Notes: generated by a model from the sequence alone, not told the origin. A DNA stretch of 46,182 nucleotides from a virus (IMGVR_UViG_3300027419_000049:1-46182); one strand, 5' to 3'. Positions 9,138-17,948 are shown, numbered from the stretch's first letter. Numbers and translations are program-made.

Positions 9138-9165
9138 TTCATTATAGCGTGTGTAATTTTTGCGA
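9138..9165 (-). promoter_or_regulatory. Phage promoter motif copy
   Basis: TCGCAAAAATTACACACGCTATAATGAA. Confidence 0.75.
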
Positions 9166-9166
9166 G

Positions 9167-9511
9167 TTACTTATCCGGGTGTTTGAGATGCGGTAAGTGG
9201 ATCATGCGATCATCCCAATACTCATTGGCAAATATCTTCCTTGTGTTACAACCAAAGGCCTCGATTATTGCAGGTAGATTGTCATTAATGGTATCAAAGA
9301 AAAGTCCCTCGTCGTTACACGCTTTAACCGCATCTTCGAGTTCCTTTCCACTGCGATTGGTCCATAGAATAGCTTTTGCGCCGTTTACTTGCTCTCCCTT
9401 AAGAAGCTCGATCGTATAGAATATGGGCTCGCCGACGTTGGGATAATTGTCCATAAAGAGCGTACCGTCAAAGTCACACGCGATTATCTTCGGATATTTA
9501 GGTAGCATCAC
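9167..9511 (-). CDS. HAD-superfamily phosphatase (capless)
   Basis: DFDGT motif I, WTNR motif II, K..A..Y.DDR. Confidence 0.8.
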   Translation of the reverse strand: MMLPKYPKIIACDFDGTLFMDNYPNVGEPIFYTIELLKGEQVNGAKAILWTNRSGKELEDAVKACNDEGLFFDTINDNLPAIIEAFGCNTRKIFANEYWDDRMIHLPHLKHPDK

Positions 9512-10223
9512 ATACTCCTTTTCCAGTAATTAACTCACTTTGTGGAAGAGTTTCAATCCAATCACAAAGAACATGCCACTCGTCAAGTTTATGGTGACGA
9601 CGACTCACATAAAGATTGGCTAAAACTTCATAGTTCAGCATAATAGTACGTTTCTGGTTATATGACGTTGGAAGAAGCTGAATCATCTGCCACCACCATA
9701 TTTTTGCTTTAGTGGCTAAATATAATTCGCGGCACTGGTTTAGACATGGAATTATGCATTGGTTAAGAACCGCAGACGGAAGATAATCTCCTTTTTTGAT
9801 TTTTGTAACTTCCGAGTCACCACATAAAGCATATAAATGCTCACATGAGAAATCCTCCAGAACAAATTCCTTATCCGCAATTTTATGCATAGTAGAGCAG
9901 GAATTAGCAACAGTACCGACTTTGTAAGTATCAAATTCCTTCCACCAGTATAATGGCGCTGTGATGTCTAAATATACGACAATCATACGCATGAATTTAC
10001 GATGATCCGTTCCTGCGTCCCGTAGTTTTGCCATTAGTCCCTGATCTTTGGCGCCAAGAACATAGTCGTACTCATCACTATACGTTTTGACGACACAATC
10101 ACCTTCTTTTGGTTTACCATAGGCCAAAAAACTGTCGGACATAGCCCAACTGTTCATAGGGTTTCGCATACCCCGAATAACGTGCTCCCAGCCAAGAACT
10201 TCTGGATTCTCAATTACTAGCAT
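9498..10223 (-). CDS. Divergent ThyX-like (flavin-dependent thymidylate synthase fold) protein
   Basis: GTDHRKFMR, ITAPLYWWKEFDTY, LLPTSYNQ, NYEVL..LY..RRHHKLDEW. Confidence 0.6.
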   Translation of the reverse strand: MLVIENPEVLGWEHVIRGMRNPMNSWAMSDSFLAYGKPKEGDCVVKTYSDEYDYVLGAKDQGLMAKLRDAGTDHRKFMRMIVVYLDITAPLYWWKEFDTYKVGTVANSCSTMHKIADKEFVLEDFSCEHLYALCGDSEVTKIKKGDYLPSAVLNQCIIPCLNQCRELYLATKAKIWWWQMIQLLPTSYNQKRTIMLNYEVLANLYVSRRHHKLDEWHVLCDWIETLPQSELITGKGVCDAT

Positions 10224-11016
10224 CGTTTGCTCCCTCCGTTTTCTTAGCTTCTAGCTCGGCAAGGAACTTCTGATAAAGAATCTTCCTCTCGGCATACTCT
10301 TCGGCGGTTATCTCTGCCCATCCCTTGTCAGACTCTTTGAAAAAACGATTAATGTCTATCTGGTTAACCTTTCCTCCATGTTCCGGCTTGAGTATATAGA
10401 ATACGCCGATGGTATCAAAATCACCATTCTTTGGATCCGTTAGCAGATCTTCACAGAATATCTTCGACGGCTCCGTGGGCATATAAGGAAGTGTGATTGG
10501 AAACATTTTGTCAAATATTTCCCGCTGAACGAAGCCATTATGATAAGTGCTCTTACTATTGATATCCACACAATAGGACGCGTCGATATCATTATATTTG
10601 TAAGAGCCATCACCACGGACATCCTTAAAGAGAGAACTCATACGTTTGCATTGATAGTGTTGACCTTCATCCCCATGATGAGTTTCGTTCCAAGTATCCA
10701 TTGTATCCACTATTGGGGTGAGAGGACGTCCATCAATGAGTCGTACAAGAATATGCTTTGTCATACCAATGTTGAAGCCACTGTGCCCATCACCAAGAAG
10801 ACTCTTAAAAGCCTTAAGGGCACTCTCATAACAAGCGCAACCATAGTCCCATTCTCCCTCGGGGTCGTCGGAGTCAAGTCTTTCTTTTACACAAGCAAGA
10901 CGGACCTCTTCCTCCGCCCAAAGTTCCATAGAGGATTTCTCCTCTTTTGGTTCTGGGAAGAAGCGGTTCCGGAGGCCGTTAAATATGGCCAGGAAGAAAG
11001 CGTGAATCTTTTTCAT
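10210..11016 (-). CDS. Conserved hypothetical phage protein
   Basis: GHSGF, PLTPI, YQCKRMSSLFK, FPITLPY motifs. Confidence 0.75.
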   Translation of the reverse strand: MKKIHAFFLAIFNGLRNRFFPEPKEEKSSMELWAEEEVRLACVKERLDSDDPEGEWDYGCACYESALKAFKSLLGDGHSGFNIGMTKHILVRLIDGRPLTPIVDTMDTWNETHHGDEGQHYQCKRMSSLFKDVRGDGSYKYNDIDASYCVDINSKSTYHNGFVQREIFDKMFPITLPYMPTEPSKIFCEDLLTDPKNGDFDTIGVFYILKPEHGGKVNQIDINRFFKESDKGWAEITAEEYAERKILYQKFLAELEAKKTEGANDASN

Positions 11017-11420
11017 TTCGCTTCCCCCTTAAACTGGTCATGAGTGAGGTCAACTTCCTCATTAAGAGACAGCAGACGCCGGACATCAACCTCCGTATGA
11101 CCATCCCACTCTTTGCCGACCTCAAGTTCCTCACAATGGAACATATCCCAGTACTTATACTCGTAGTGATAAGTATAGGAGCCTCGAGGAGTATCGATAC
11201 CGACGATAAACCAACCGCCGCCGAAGCATTCTTCACCGTCCTCATGTTTAAGGGACTTCCAGGACATTTCCGGGAATGTGTTGACAAGTGTGGCAAAGAG
11301 TACACATCTCTGTTCGTACAAGCTATTGAAGGTGTGGAATCCATCGCTGATTTCCCCAATTTCTCCGATGGCGCTGAGAGGTAGGCCGTAGCGGTTGCAA
11401 ATTTGTTCAATTGTAATCAT
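11013..11420 (-). CDS. WDGH-motif phage protein
   Basis: SDGFHTFNSLY, SWKS..H.DG, GWFIVGI, TYHY, WDGHT. Confidence 0.75.
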   Translation of the reverse strand: MITIEQICNRYGLPLSAIGEIGEISDGFHTFNSLYEQRCVLFATLVNTFPEMSWKSLKHEDGEECFGGGWFIVGIDTPRGSYTYHYEYKYWDMFHCEELEVGKEWDGHTEVDVRRLLSLNEEVDLTHDQFKGEAK

Positions 11421-11446
11421 GGTGATTTCTCCTTTTCAAAATATGG

Positions 11447-11977
11447 TTAATAATTGTCGGGTAAAGACCATCCTTCACAAAGTCTGGCCGGGAGTTTACG
11501 CTCGGAGACGGTCATATTTGGCTCGTTATAACTAATATACTTCTCGCCTGTCTCTTCGTCAATCATATAAAGCCAGGTCGCAGCAGTTGATCCGGAACTA
11601 TATAATCCGTTCGGATCGGCCTGAGAAATAACGCTACTATCTCTATATTCACCAGCGAGTTGGTCGGGATTTGTATACTGGGTTGAATATGGGAGTCCGT
11701 AACCATAACATTTACCAAGGTATGTATATTTGCCGGTCATATCTGAGTAGGCATAGGCATAACAAATAAGTTTGCTGTCGTCGCGTTTTTCAAAGATTTC
11801 CTTGGCCATCTTCTTTTCAAAGAAGTTTGTGATTTCAGGCATGCCGATCTCGGCTGTTGCTTGCTGCATGAGGGTTTCTTGATATGCTTCCTCTTGGGCT
11901 CGGGTGTCGTCTGTACAACCGCAGAATAGGGCAACCATAAGAACGAGTGCTATGATGATTGTTAATGTCTTTTTCAT
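11447..11977 (-). CDS. Lipoprotein
   Basis: Signal peptide with lipobox-like FCGC; GLPYSTQYTNP and QADPNGLY motifs. Confidence 0.75.
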   Translation of the reverse strand: MKKTLTIIIALVLMVALFCGCTDDTRAQEEAYQETLMQQATAEIGMPEITNFFEKKMAKEIFEKRDDSKLICYAYAYSDMTGKYTYLGKCYGYGLPYSTQYTNPDQLAGEYRDSSVISQADPNGLYSSGSTAATWLYMIDEETGEKYISYNEPNMTVSERKLPARLCEGWSLPDNY

Positions 11978-12366
11978 TTTGTATAAGCCTCCAAATTCAT
12001 ATTGCGACAATCCTTCAGAAATCTTCTGAGGTCGTCATTTTCGATTTTACTTTCGTCGTAGTTTGCGAAGCGACTGTTTATCATTTCAGCAATCGCTTTT
12101 TTCTCGATTTCATCGTCCGTCTGGATCATCTGAAGTCGATAGTTTGCGAGATCGTCAAGGACGCCCTCGTTGTACGTGAGTGACTGCTTGAATATCACTC
12201 TGTCAGCATTTACATGCCACATCTTCAGGCCGACACCGGCAATAGAGCAGATAATGGTAACGATCAGGACCCAAATGAGAATTGTTTTCCCGACCTTTCG
12301 GGATGCATAGCCTGCGTTTGCGTATTCCGCATCAAATTCTTTGCGGAACTCCTTGTCTGGTTTCAT
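11974..12366 (-). CDS. Membrane protein coupled to the lipoprotein gene
   Basis: Single TM; ATGA overlap. Confidence 0.7.
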   Translation of the reverse strand: MKPDKEFRKEFDAEYANAGYASRKVGKTILIWVLIVTIICSIAGVGLKMWHVNADRVIFKQSLTYNEGVLDDLANYRLQMIQTDDEIEKKAIAEMINSRFANYDESKIENDDLRRFLKDCRNMNLEAYTK

Positions 12367-12385
12367 GGTAATTTTTCCTTTCTTT

Positions 12386-12844
12386 TTACATTTCTACTTG
12401 ATTGTAGTCTTCGTTTTTTCTCCAGCCGCCATTGTATGGTTTAATGGAGTTGGTCAAAATATCCTTACAAAGGGCCATGAACTCCTTTATTTGGTTCTCT
12501 GTGGGCTCCTTATCCTCAAAACCTTGGATTGACTGAAGGGTATCACAACCACTGCATGAGCCATAACCGACATAAGTCATTATATACTCATACTCCGATG
12601 GTTGATAGGTCTTGAAAGGAATGAGGTATAACAGGGTCCCTTGATAATCCCCGTTGTCTATCTCAGTGATCTCGTCAAGATCCAATGCCTCACACCCACT
12701 TGTTTGTTCGTCGTTAAATATGGCTGCAAAGGCAATCTTAACCAAATCGAGATATGAACAACGGTTTAGTGTGTCGTTCTGAGTCAAAGTTTCTCTGAGT
12801 AATGACTCGTTTTTGTCCCATTTTTCTTTGATGATTTTAAGCAT
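12386..12844 (-). CDS. Hypothetical protein
   Basis: DYQGT and YGSCSGCD motifs. Confidence 0.75.
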   Translation of the reverse strand: MLKIIKEKWDKNESLLRETLTQNDTLNRCSYLDLVKIAFAAIFNDEQTSGCEALDLDEITEIDNGDYQGTLLYLIPFKTYQPSEYEYIMTYVGYGSCSGCDTLQSIQGFEDKEPTENQIKEFMALCKDILTNSIKPYNGGWRKNEDYNQVEM

Positions 12845-13178
12845 GTTTTTCCTCCTTATTTTCTTCTCGCCAAGCGTCAATGTCGACACCTATATCTTTC
12901 AGGAGTCTTGTGCATATCCAAGCACCCTCGTCCGACATCTCGTATCGTTCGATTAAACCCCTGTAAGCCGGTATAAAGTGGTCGTAGAAGTCCTTAAGCT
13001 TCTTTTTACCAAAGCCAAATTCTTCATGGAGAATCCATAAGATAACCGCATCAATCTCGGTCTCGTTTTTCTGATTGAACTCGGCTATTTCCTTCTGAAT
13101 CTCAATATCCATGGCTTTTCGTTCGGAAGCAGTCAATACCGCTCCAAATATGTTCTTACCCGACTTTTTAACTATCAT
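12837..13178 (-). CDS. Conserved hypothetical protein
   Basis: LWILHEEFGFGKKKL motif. Confidence 0.75.
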   Translation of the reverse strand: MIVKKSGKNIFGAVLTASERKAMDIEIQKEIAEFNQKNETEIDAVILWILHEEFGFGKKKLKDFYDHFIPAYRGLIERYEMSDEGAWICTRLLKDIGVDIDAWREENKEEKHA

Positions 13179-13555
13179 ACGATCTTCTCATTGGCTTCGC
13201 GCCAGTCGGAAATAAGCTTTTTACAGTCGTAAAGCGAATCTTCGACGCCCCACTGAGTATCGAGTAGAGTTATCAAATCAGCCGCATATTTAAGTTTTGC
13301 TTTGATCTTCATATTTTCTTCGGATATGCTTAGGTTTTTAATATTTCCAAGTTCTACCTCAGCGGTCATGATGGTCATATAATACGCTATAAGATCTATT
13401 TCCGTGCTGAGGAGTTCGGCTTCTGGTATGCATCGCATAATAGTGAAACCGCCTTTTGACAAACGTATCTCAACATAAGAAAGGCTGGCCCCGGCACTTA
13501 TGGATATGTTACAATCGTTGCTTTTAGCTTTGTTGATCAAATCAGGAATAGTCAT
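13175..13555 (-). CDS. Hypothetical protein
   Basis: AAGGAGG RBS; overlaps neighbours. Confidence 0.65.
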   Translation of the reverse strand: MTIPDLINKAKSNDCNISISAGASLSYVEIRLSKGGFTIMRCIPEAELLSTEIDLIAYYMTIMTAEVELGNIKNLSISEENMKIKAKLKYAADLITLLDTQWGVEDSLYDCKKLISDWREANEKIV

Positions 13556-13818
13556 GATTGTTTCCTCCTTATAACCGGATAACACTCTATCGGGTTGGAC
13601 TTGCAATGCCCATCGTTGTAATCACAACCATGACATATTTTCATTCGTGTCTGCTCGGCCCACATCGCACAAGCCTCCTCGTGTATGCAACGTTCCGTGT
13701 TCGAGACTCTTACTACTTTGTCATCAGCATAGGCCATATGGACGTCGATCGTAAGTTGCATATGAGGACAAGTTGGAAAGCAAAATTCGGCTGGTTTTTC
13801 GGTGATTTCTTTGGCCAT
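13552..13818 (-). CDS. Cys-rich hypothetical protein
   Basis: Multiple Cys pairs; GAAAGGAG RBS. Confidence 0.65.
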   Translation of the reverse strand: MAKEITEKPAEFCFPTCPHMQLTIDVHMAYADDKVVRVSNTERCIHEEACAMWAEQTRMKICHGCDYNDGHCKSNPIECYPVIRRKQS

Positions 13819-13830
13819 GATTGGCTCCTT

Positions 13831-14058
13831 TCAAAATTTTGATACTATTGCGGCTACAATAAGGACAACAAAGCAGATACCAAACGCAATTGCGAATATA
13901 GTCTGCCACAGGTCTTCTCTGTCCATTTTTTTCTGCTCTTCCGGGCTTGCGTAGTTAAGATAATAGTAGTCTCTGGCTGCATACGAAACAACGCCGCCCT
14001 TTGGATTGTTCATATCGTCGAGAACTTGTTCGATTGGAATTTTGTCATAGGTGTTCAT
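13831..14058 (-). CDS. Small membrane protein
   Basis: C-terminal TM. Confidence 0.65.
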   Translation of the reverse strand: MNTYDKIPIEQVLDDMNNPKGGVVSYAARDYYYLNYASPEEQKKMDREDLWQTIFAIAFGICFVVLIVAAIVSKF

Positions 14059-14073
14059 TACCGGGCTGTCCTT

Positions 14074-14289
14074 TCACAATTTTGGTGGTTGATTTTTAAA
14101 AATACTCGTGAATAAGGTTACGAGTAATAATATCGGGACAATGACAACAACGATTATGAGGTTAATATAATGTATACATCCTTTAGCATGTTGTTGGTCC
14201 CATCCGCCTTTAACGTTACCTCCGGCTAACAAAACTATGGATATTATACACCCAATTAAGAGGTATACCAGAACGATTTTAAGAAACAT
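14074..14289 (-). CDS. Small membrane protein
   Basis: Two TMs; AGGAGG RBS. Confidence 0.65.
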   Translation of the reverse strand: MFLKIVLVYLLIGCIISIVLLAGGNVKGGWDQQHAKGCIHYINLIIVVVIVPILLLVTLFTSIFKNQPPKL

Positions 14290-14297
14290 GAGGCCTC

Positions 14298-15068
14298 CTA
14301 ATTATAGAATTTTGGAACTATCTCGTAATTGAGGACCAAACAAGGCTCGCCATTCTCCGTGACTTGAGAACTAAACGATATATCAAGAAGTCCTTGGTCA
14401 AGGTCCCATCCCAATAGATTTCCCAGGGTGGTCTCGCTCAACCCTAACTCATAATATACCTCATTGATACTCACCCACATCTCACTTAAGAACTGCTTGT
14501 TAATGTCATTGATTGAGCGACGAATCTTCTCAATGTCCGAACGAAAATATCTTCCGCTGAAACTATCACGGCATAACACGTTTCCTTTCCCAGTCAATAT
14601 AACACCTTCTTCACCAGGAGGGTTACGTCTAACGTGTTCGGCGCTTATCTCGTCACGGAGTTTCAATTCCTTGCTTTTGCCAATGGTCTCGACAACCTTT
14701 TCCTTGTACTCACGGAAAGCCGCCTCCGTAACTCCGTATACAGTCGCTAGAGCAGCATTACGACGTTGGTTTATCGAGTTAGACCCAATGACACAAGCAA
14801 TGGTAACAACACCCATGGCAACTGTTGGAATATAGACTTTCCAAGCTGACCTTATGGCTTCCTTATTAGAATATGCGTAAGGGTCACCATCGTGTTCGTA
14901 CCGGCTGTCCCTTTTTATCAGCTCCATTGCTTTAGGAGTTGCCTGAACAGCAAATATGACCGTGGTAACAACACCGCCAACGGCCAACGCAGTTAGAATA
15001 GTAGGACTATTTTTGGAAACGAATCCCCCGAGGTTTTTTGCAGCTTGAGTTATGGCTTTTGTTTGCAT
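14298..15068 (-). CDS. DUF6353-like membrane protein (paralog of 4163-5107)
   Basis: NSPTILTALAVGGV, RRNAALATVY, SGRYFRSD, LGW motifs. Confidence 0.75.
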   Translation of the reverse strand: MQTKAITQAAKNLGGFVSKNSPTILTALAVGGVVTTVIFAVQATPKAMELIKRDSRYEHDGDPYAYSNKEAIRSAWKVYIPTVAMGVVTIACVIGSNSINQRRNAALATVYGVTEAAFREYKEKVVETIGKSKELKLRDEISAEHVRRNPPGEEGVILTGKGNVLCRDSFSGRYFRSDIEKIRRSINDINKQFLSEMWVSINEVYYELGLSETTLGNLLGWDLDQGLLDISFSSQVTENGEPCLVLNYEIVPKFYN

Positions 15069-15268
15069 GGTGAGTACTCCTTCTTCATATCATCGATAAC
15101 CTTTAGGTTTCTATAATGATATCCCTTCAATTCACAACCTTTAATATCCACATAAATATTCAACATTGTGACTTTTCGAACAACTCCATAGCGACCTTTT
15201 TCTCGGTTATTACTCTTGATCTGCACAGTGGTCCCAACCTTTAGATTTTTGTATTCGCCGATTGTCAT
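15050..15268 (-). CDS. KOW/SH3-like small protein
   Basis: LKVGTTVQI....EKGRYGVV. Confidence 0.55.
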   Translation of the reverse strand: MTIGEYKNLKVGTTVQIKSNNREKGRYGVVRKVTMLNIYVDIKGCELKGYHYRNLKVIDDMKKEYSPCKQKP

Positions 15269-15285
15269 GGTGATTACTCCTTTCT

Positions 15286-15633
15286 TTAAACGTGTGATTC
15301 TCCCTGCGAATCCATATATTCTCGCCAATTAACAAAACCTACCGACGTACAAGATACTTTTGGAAAATGTGTTGTATCTGGTGGATTTTCAAAACAGCTA
15401 CGAATTTTAGAAAGTTCAGTTATTGGTATTCCCCACGTATGTCCAGCCGAATTGTTTGACGGAAAAGATTTACCTTTAACTAACCCTAAATTAAGCCATT
15501 TTCTCAGAAGTGCTTCCGATAATGAACACCCTGGGTTAAAGTAATCTTCTCGACCATCCCACATTTCGTGAAAACTCAGAGCACAAACGTCCGCAATCGT
15601 CATATAAACAGGTCGAGGTATATTGAATTGCAT
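15286..15633 (-). CDS. Hypothetical protein
   Basis: GAAAGGA RBS. Confidence 0.6.
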   Translation of the reverse strand: MQFNIPRPVYMTIADVCALSFHEMWDGREDYFNPGCSLSEALLRKWLNLGLVKGKSFPSNNSAGHTWGIPITELSKIRSCFENPPDTTHFPKVSCTSVGFVNWREYMDSQGESHV

Positions 15634-15647
15634 GTTGATAATTCCTT

Positions 15648-16079
15648 TCATATTTCGGTTACCGTACCAGCATCAATATTCAAATAGAAGATTCTAAGCT
15701 CAAATTCCTCATCAAGATATCCGGAGGCAATGGCTATGTTCGGCCCTCCCACCCTATCTGTTTTTGTGGCCCAATTATAAGTCAAAGCCACGAGCGCTAA
15801 TTTTTTTCCAGCAATTGTAACTTCTGGTTCTCTGGTAGCAGATATCACAAATGAAAATGTAGGAATTGAATCTGCAAATCCTAACGATTCATGTGCCATG
15901 ATCCGCTCATTTGAGTTGGTTTGAATAAAGAACTCACCGTCTTTTATTAGACGGACGTGAACTCCTCGGTAGTTTGGTCTTGGACAAATTACGGTGCATA
16001 ATTTTCCTCGATCCTTTCCGTGTTGAGTAACTATAAGTATGTCACCAACTTTAAGATTGTCATGCTGAGTTTTTGTCAT
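15648..16079 (-). CDS. Protein with N-terminal KOW/SH3-like domain
   Basis: LKVGDILIV..HGKDRGKLCTV. Confidence 0.6.
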   Translation of the reverse strand: MTKTQHDNLKVGDILIVTQHGKDRGKLCTVICPRPNYRGVHVRLIKDGEFFIQTNSNERIMAHESLGFADSIPTFSFVISATREPEVTIAGKKLALVALTYNWATKTDRVGGPNIAIASGYLDEEFELRIFYLNIDAGTVTEI

Positions 16080-16105
16080 AGTGATTTACTCCTTTCAAAT
16101 ATGTA

Positions 16106-16170
16106 AAGAAAAGTATCGGATTCGAACCGATGATAACTAGCATTCCCGCTTACGCAACTAGACTTTTCTT
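16106..16170 (-). ncRNA. tRNA-like RNA 1 (acceptor-like stem plus perfect T-arm; no canonical D or anticodon arm)
   Basis: AAGAAAAGT/ACTTTTCTT terminal stem; ATCGG-TTCGAAT-CCGAT; directly behind a promoter motif. Confidence 0.7.
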
Positions 16171-16197
16171 CATTATAATACTTGTAATTCTCGCGAA
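16169..16197 (-). promoter_or_regulatory. Phage promoter motif copy
   Basis: TTCGCGAGAATTACAAGTATTATAATGAA. Confidence 0.75.
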
Positions 16198-16200
16198 CCA

Positions 16201-17439
16201 TTATTTGGCACAGTGATAACAATACAACTTACGAGTCTTTTCATTCTCGACGACCGTAGTAGTTCCTCCACATACTGGACAGATATGCGGATATTTCTCA
16301 GTTCCGGACCGTGTCATGTTCTCCTCAACCTCGGGAACTATCTTATTAGCCTTGTATACTCGCAAGGTATCGCCCTTACCAATATCCAAGCCCTCAAAGA
16401 ACTTGAGATTGTGGAGATTCGCTTGCTTTACGATAGTTCCCTCGAGGGCAATGGGTTTGAACAAGACTACTGGTGTAATTAATCCTGTGCGACTCACGCT
16501 CCATTTCATACCAATTACTTCAGCCAACTTTTTCTCATCCGGCCACTTAAACGCCATACTGTGCTTAGGATGTTTTGCTGTGGCCCCCAAAGTATCTCCA
16601 TATTTGAGATTGTTCAGACGTAATACGAGACCATCAACAGGAAACTCATATCCTTGTACTTGCTTAGTAAAGGCATCAATCTCACGCTTAAGCTCAAAGT
16701 TGAGTACTTTTTTGTGCTCGACAACCTTAAAATCTAGATTCTCCAAATATGAGAGTTGCTCACTATAGGCTCTAATAGCCACGCTCTTTTCGTCCGTAGA
16801 CACTATGGAGTGGGCCACAAAGCTCATATGCTTGAGTAGGACACTAGGAGAGGTTGAGGTGTTGATGATGCCAGCCGCAGCACTTCGTGGATTAGCATAT
16901 TTCTCGCCCTCTTTGGTCTTTCTTATCTGCTCAAATTCCTTGATGGACAGGCAACCCTCACCACGTACGAACAAGCTTCCACGACTCATGATTTGTAGAG
17001 GTACATTACGCATACGTACAGCGTTATTAGTGATATTTTGTCCGATCATACCATCGCCTCTGGTTAGGGCATTGATGAGTTTTCCGTTGACATAATGCAA
17101 AACCATACTAATACCATCAAGTTTCCAAGATATGACTCCACCGTGTTGGCCAAGAAAATGTAGAAGCTCGTCGATACTTTTAGTGTCTTTTAGACTGAGG
17201 ATTGGGCAACAGTGTGCGGCCCTATCAGAATATGATGGAGCAAAACCAACATTTTGAGTTGGTGTGTTTGGTAACCACATTCCAAGAATTGCTTCTAACG
17301 CACTAAGTTCCGTCAACATTAGGTCGTATTCTCGGTCGGTCATTATCGGACCGTCGTCTGTATCCGTATAATATAGACGACGAGCTTCGTTAAGACTGTC
17401 GGTTAGATATTGCATACGTTCTTTTTGTTGATTAGTCAT
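16201..17439 (-). CDS. ligA: NAD+-dependent DNA ligase, C-terminally shortened
   Basis: Domain Ia (YY...D.EYD), KLDG, TRGDG, RGE, NPR, DGLV, AFKW, SRTG.ITPV, CPVC. Confidence 0.9.
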   Translation of the reverse strand: MTNQQKERMQYLTDSLNEARRLYYTDTDDGPIMTDREYDLMLTELSALEAILGMWLPNTPTQNVGFAPSYSDRAAHCCPILSLKDTKSIDELLHFLGQHGGVISWKLDGISMVLHYVNGKLINALTRGDGMIGQNITNNAVRMRNVPLQIMSRGSLFVRGEGCLSIKEFEQIRKTKEGEKYANPRSAAAGIINTSTSPSVLLKHMSFVAHSIVSTDEKSVAIRAYSEQLSYLENLDFKVVEHKKVLNFELKREIDAFTKQVQGYEFPVDGLVLRLNNLKYGDTLGATAKHPKHSMAFKWPDEKKLAEVIGMKWSVSRTGLITPVVLFKPIALEGTIVKQANLHNLKFFEGLDIGKGDTLRVYKANKIVPEVEENMTRSGTEKYPHICPVCGGTTTVVENEKTRKLYCYHCAK

Positions 17440-17470
17440 AGTAGTTCCTCCTTTCTTACAAAATAAAAAT

Positions 17471-17497
17471 ATTATACCGCGTTGTAATTTTAGCGAA
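17471..17497 (-). promoter_or_regulatory. Phage promoter motif copy (ligase)
   Basis: TTCGCTAAAATTACAACGCGGTATAAT. Confidence 0.7.
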
Positions 17498-17501
17498 TAA
17501 A

Positions 17502-17595
17502 AAGAGATGTCGGCGAGTGTCGAACTGCCTCATATTGAATCGTGCGGGGGTCTTCATAACGACACCTACATTCGTATCACTACACGATTTCTCTT
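17502..17595 (-). ncRNA. tRNA-like RNA 2 (terminal stem, branched insert, T-loop arm)
   Basis: AAGAGA/TCTCTT; AATCGTGT/GCACGATT; GGCAG-TTCGACA-CT(C)GCC; ends ACATCTCTTTT like RNA 3. Confidence 0.6.
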
Positions 17596-17622
17596 CATTA
17601 TACACCTTGTAATTTCTGCGAA
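17594..17622 (-). promoter_or_regulatory. Phage promoter motif copy
   Basis: TTCGCAGAAATTACAAGGTGTATAATGAA. Confidence 0.75.
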
Positions 17623-17635
17623 GAAAAGGAAAGTA

Positions 17636-17948
17636 TTAAACTTTCCCTGAGGTCCTAACCCGCACTTTTTTATTTATCGGTTCATCTGCATTATCACTCT
17701 CCATTACCTCTCTTGCGAGAGCTTCAAGAGCCTTCAAAGCTTCCTGCCGATTTTTTGCATTTATATTGATTATAACTTCTTCGTCATTTTTACTTTCCTT
17801 TTTGCTGAACGTTTTCTTAATGGAATCTTTTGCCTGTACTGTTTTCTTGACCAGCGTCTCTCTTGCCTCGGGTATTGCAATAATTACCGTAGTTGCTAAT
17901 GCCTTTATTATCCTCCCAAATTTTCTTTGCTTTCTCTTTAGTGTTCAT
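17636..17948 (-). pseudogene. Frameshifted small gene
   Basis: RBS + MNTKEKAKKIWEDNK in frame 0 (stops after 43 codons); ALATTVIIAIPEARE...SGKV* in the +1 frame; span 313 nt = 3n+1. Confidence 0.6.

Noticed and set aside
16106-17595. Bacterial Y RNA (YrlA) or tmRNA assignment
   Set aside because: The acceptor-like stem is the open terminal stem rather than the permuted YrlA layout; no Ro60 gene, tag ORF or CCA end
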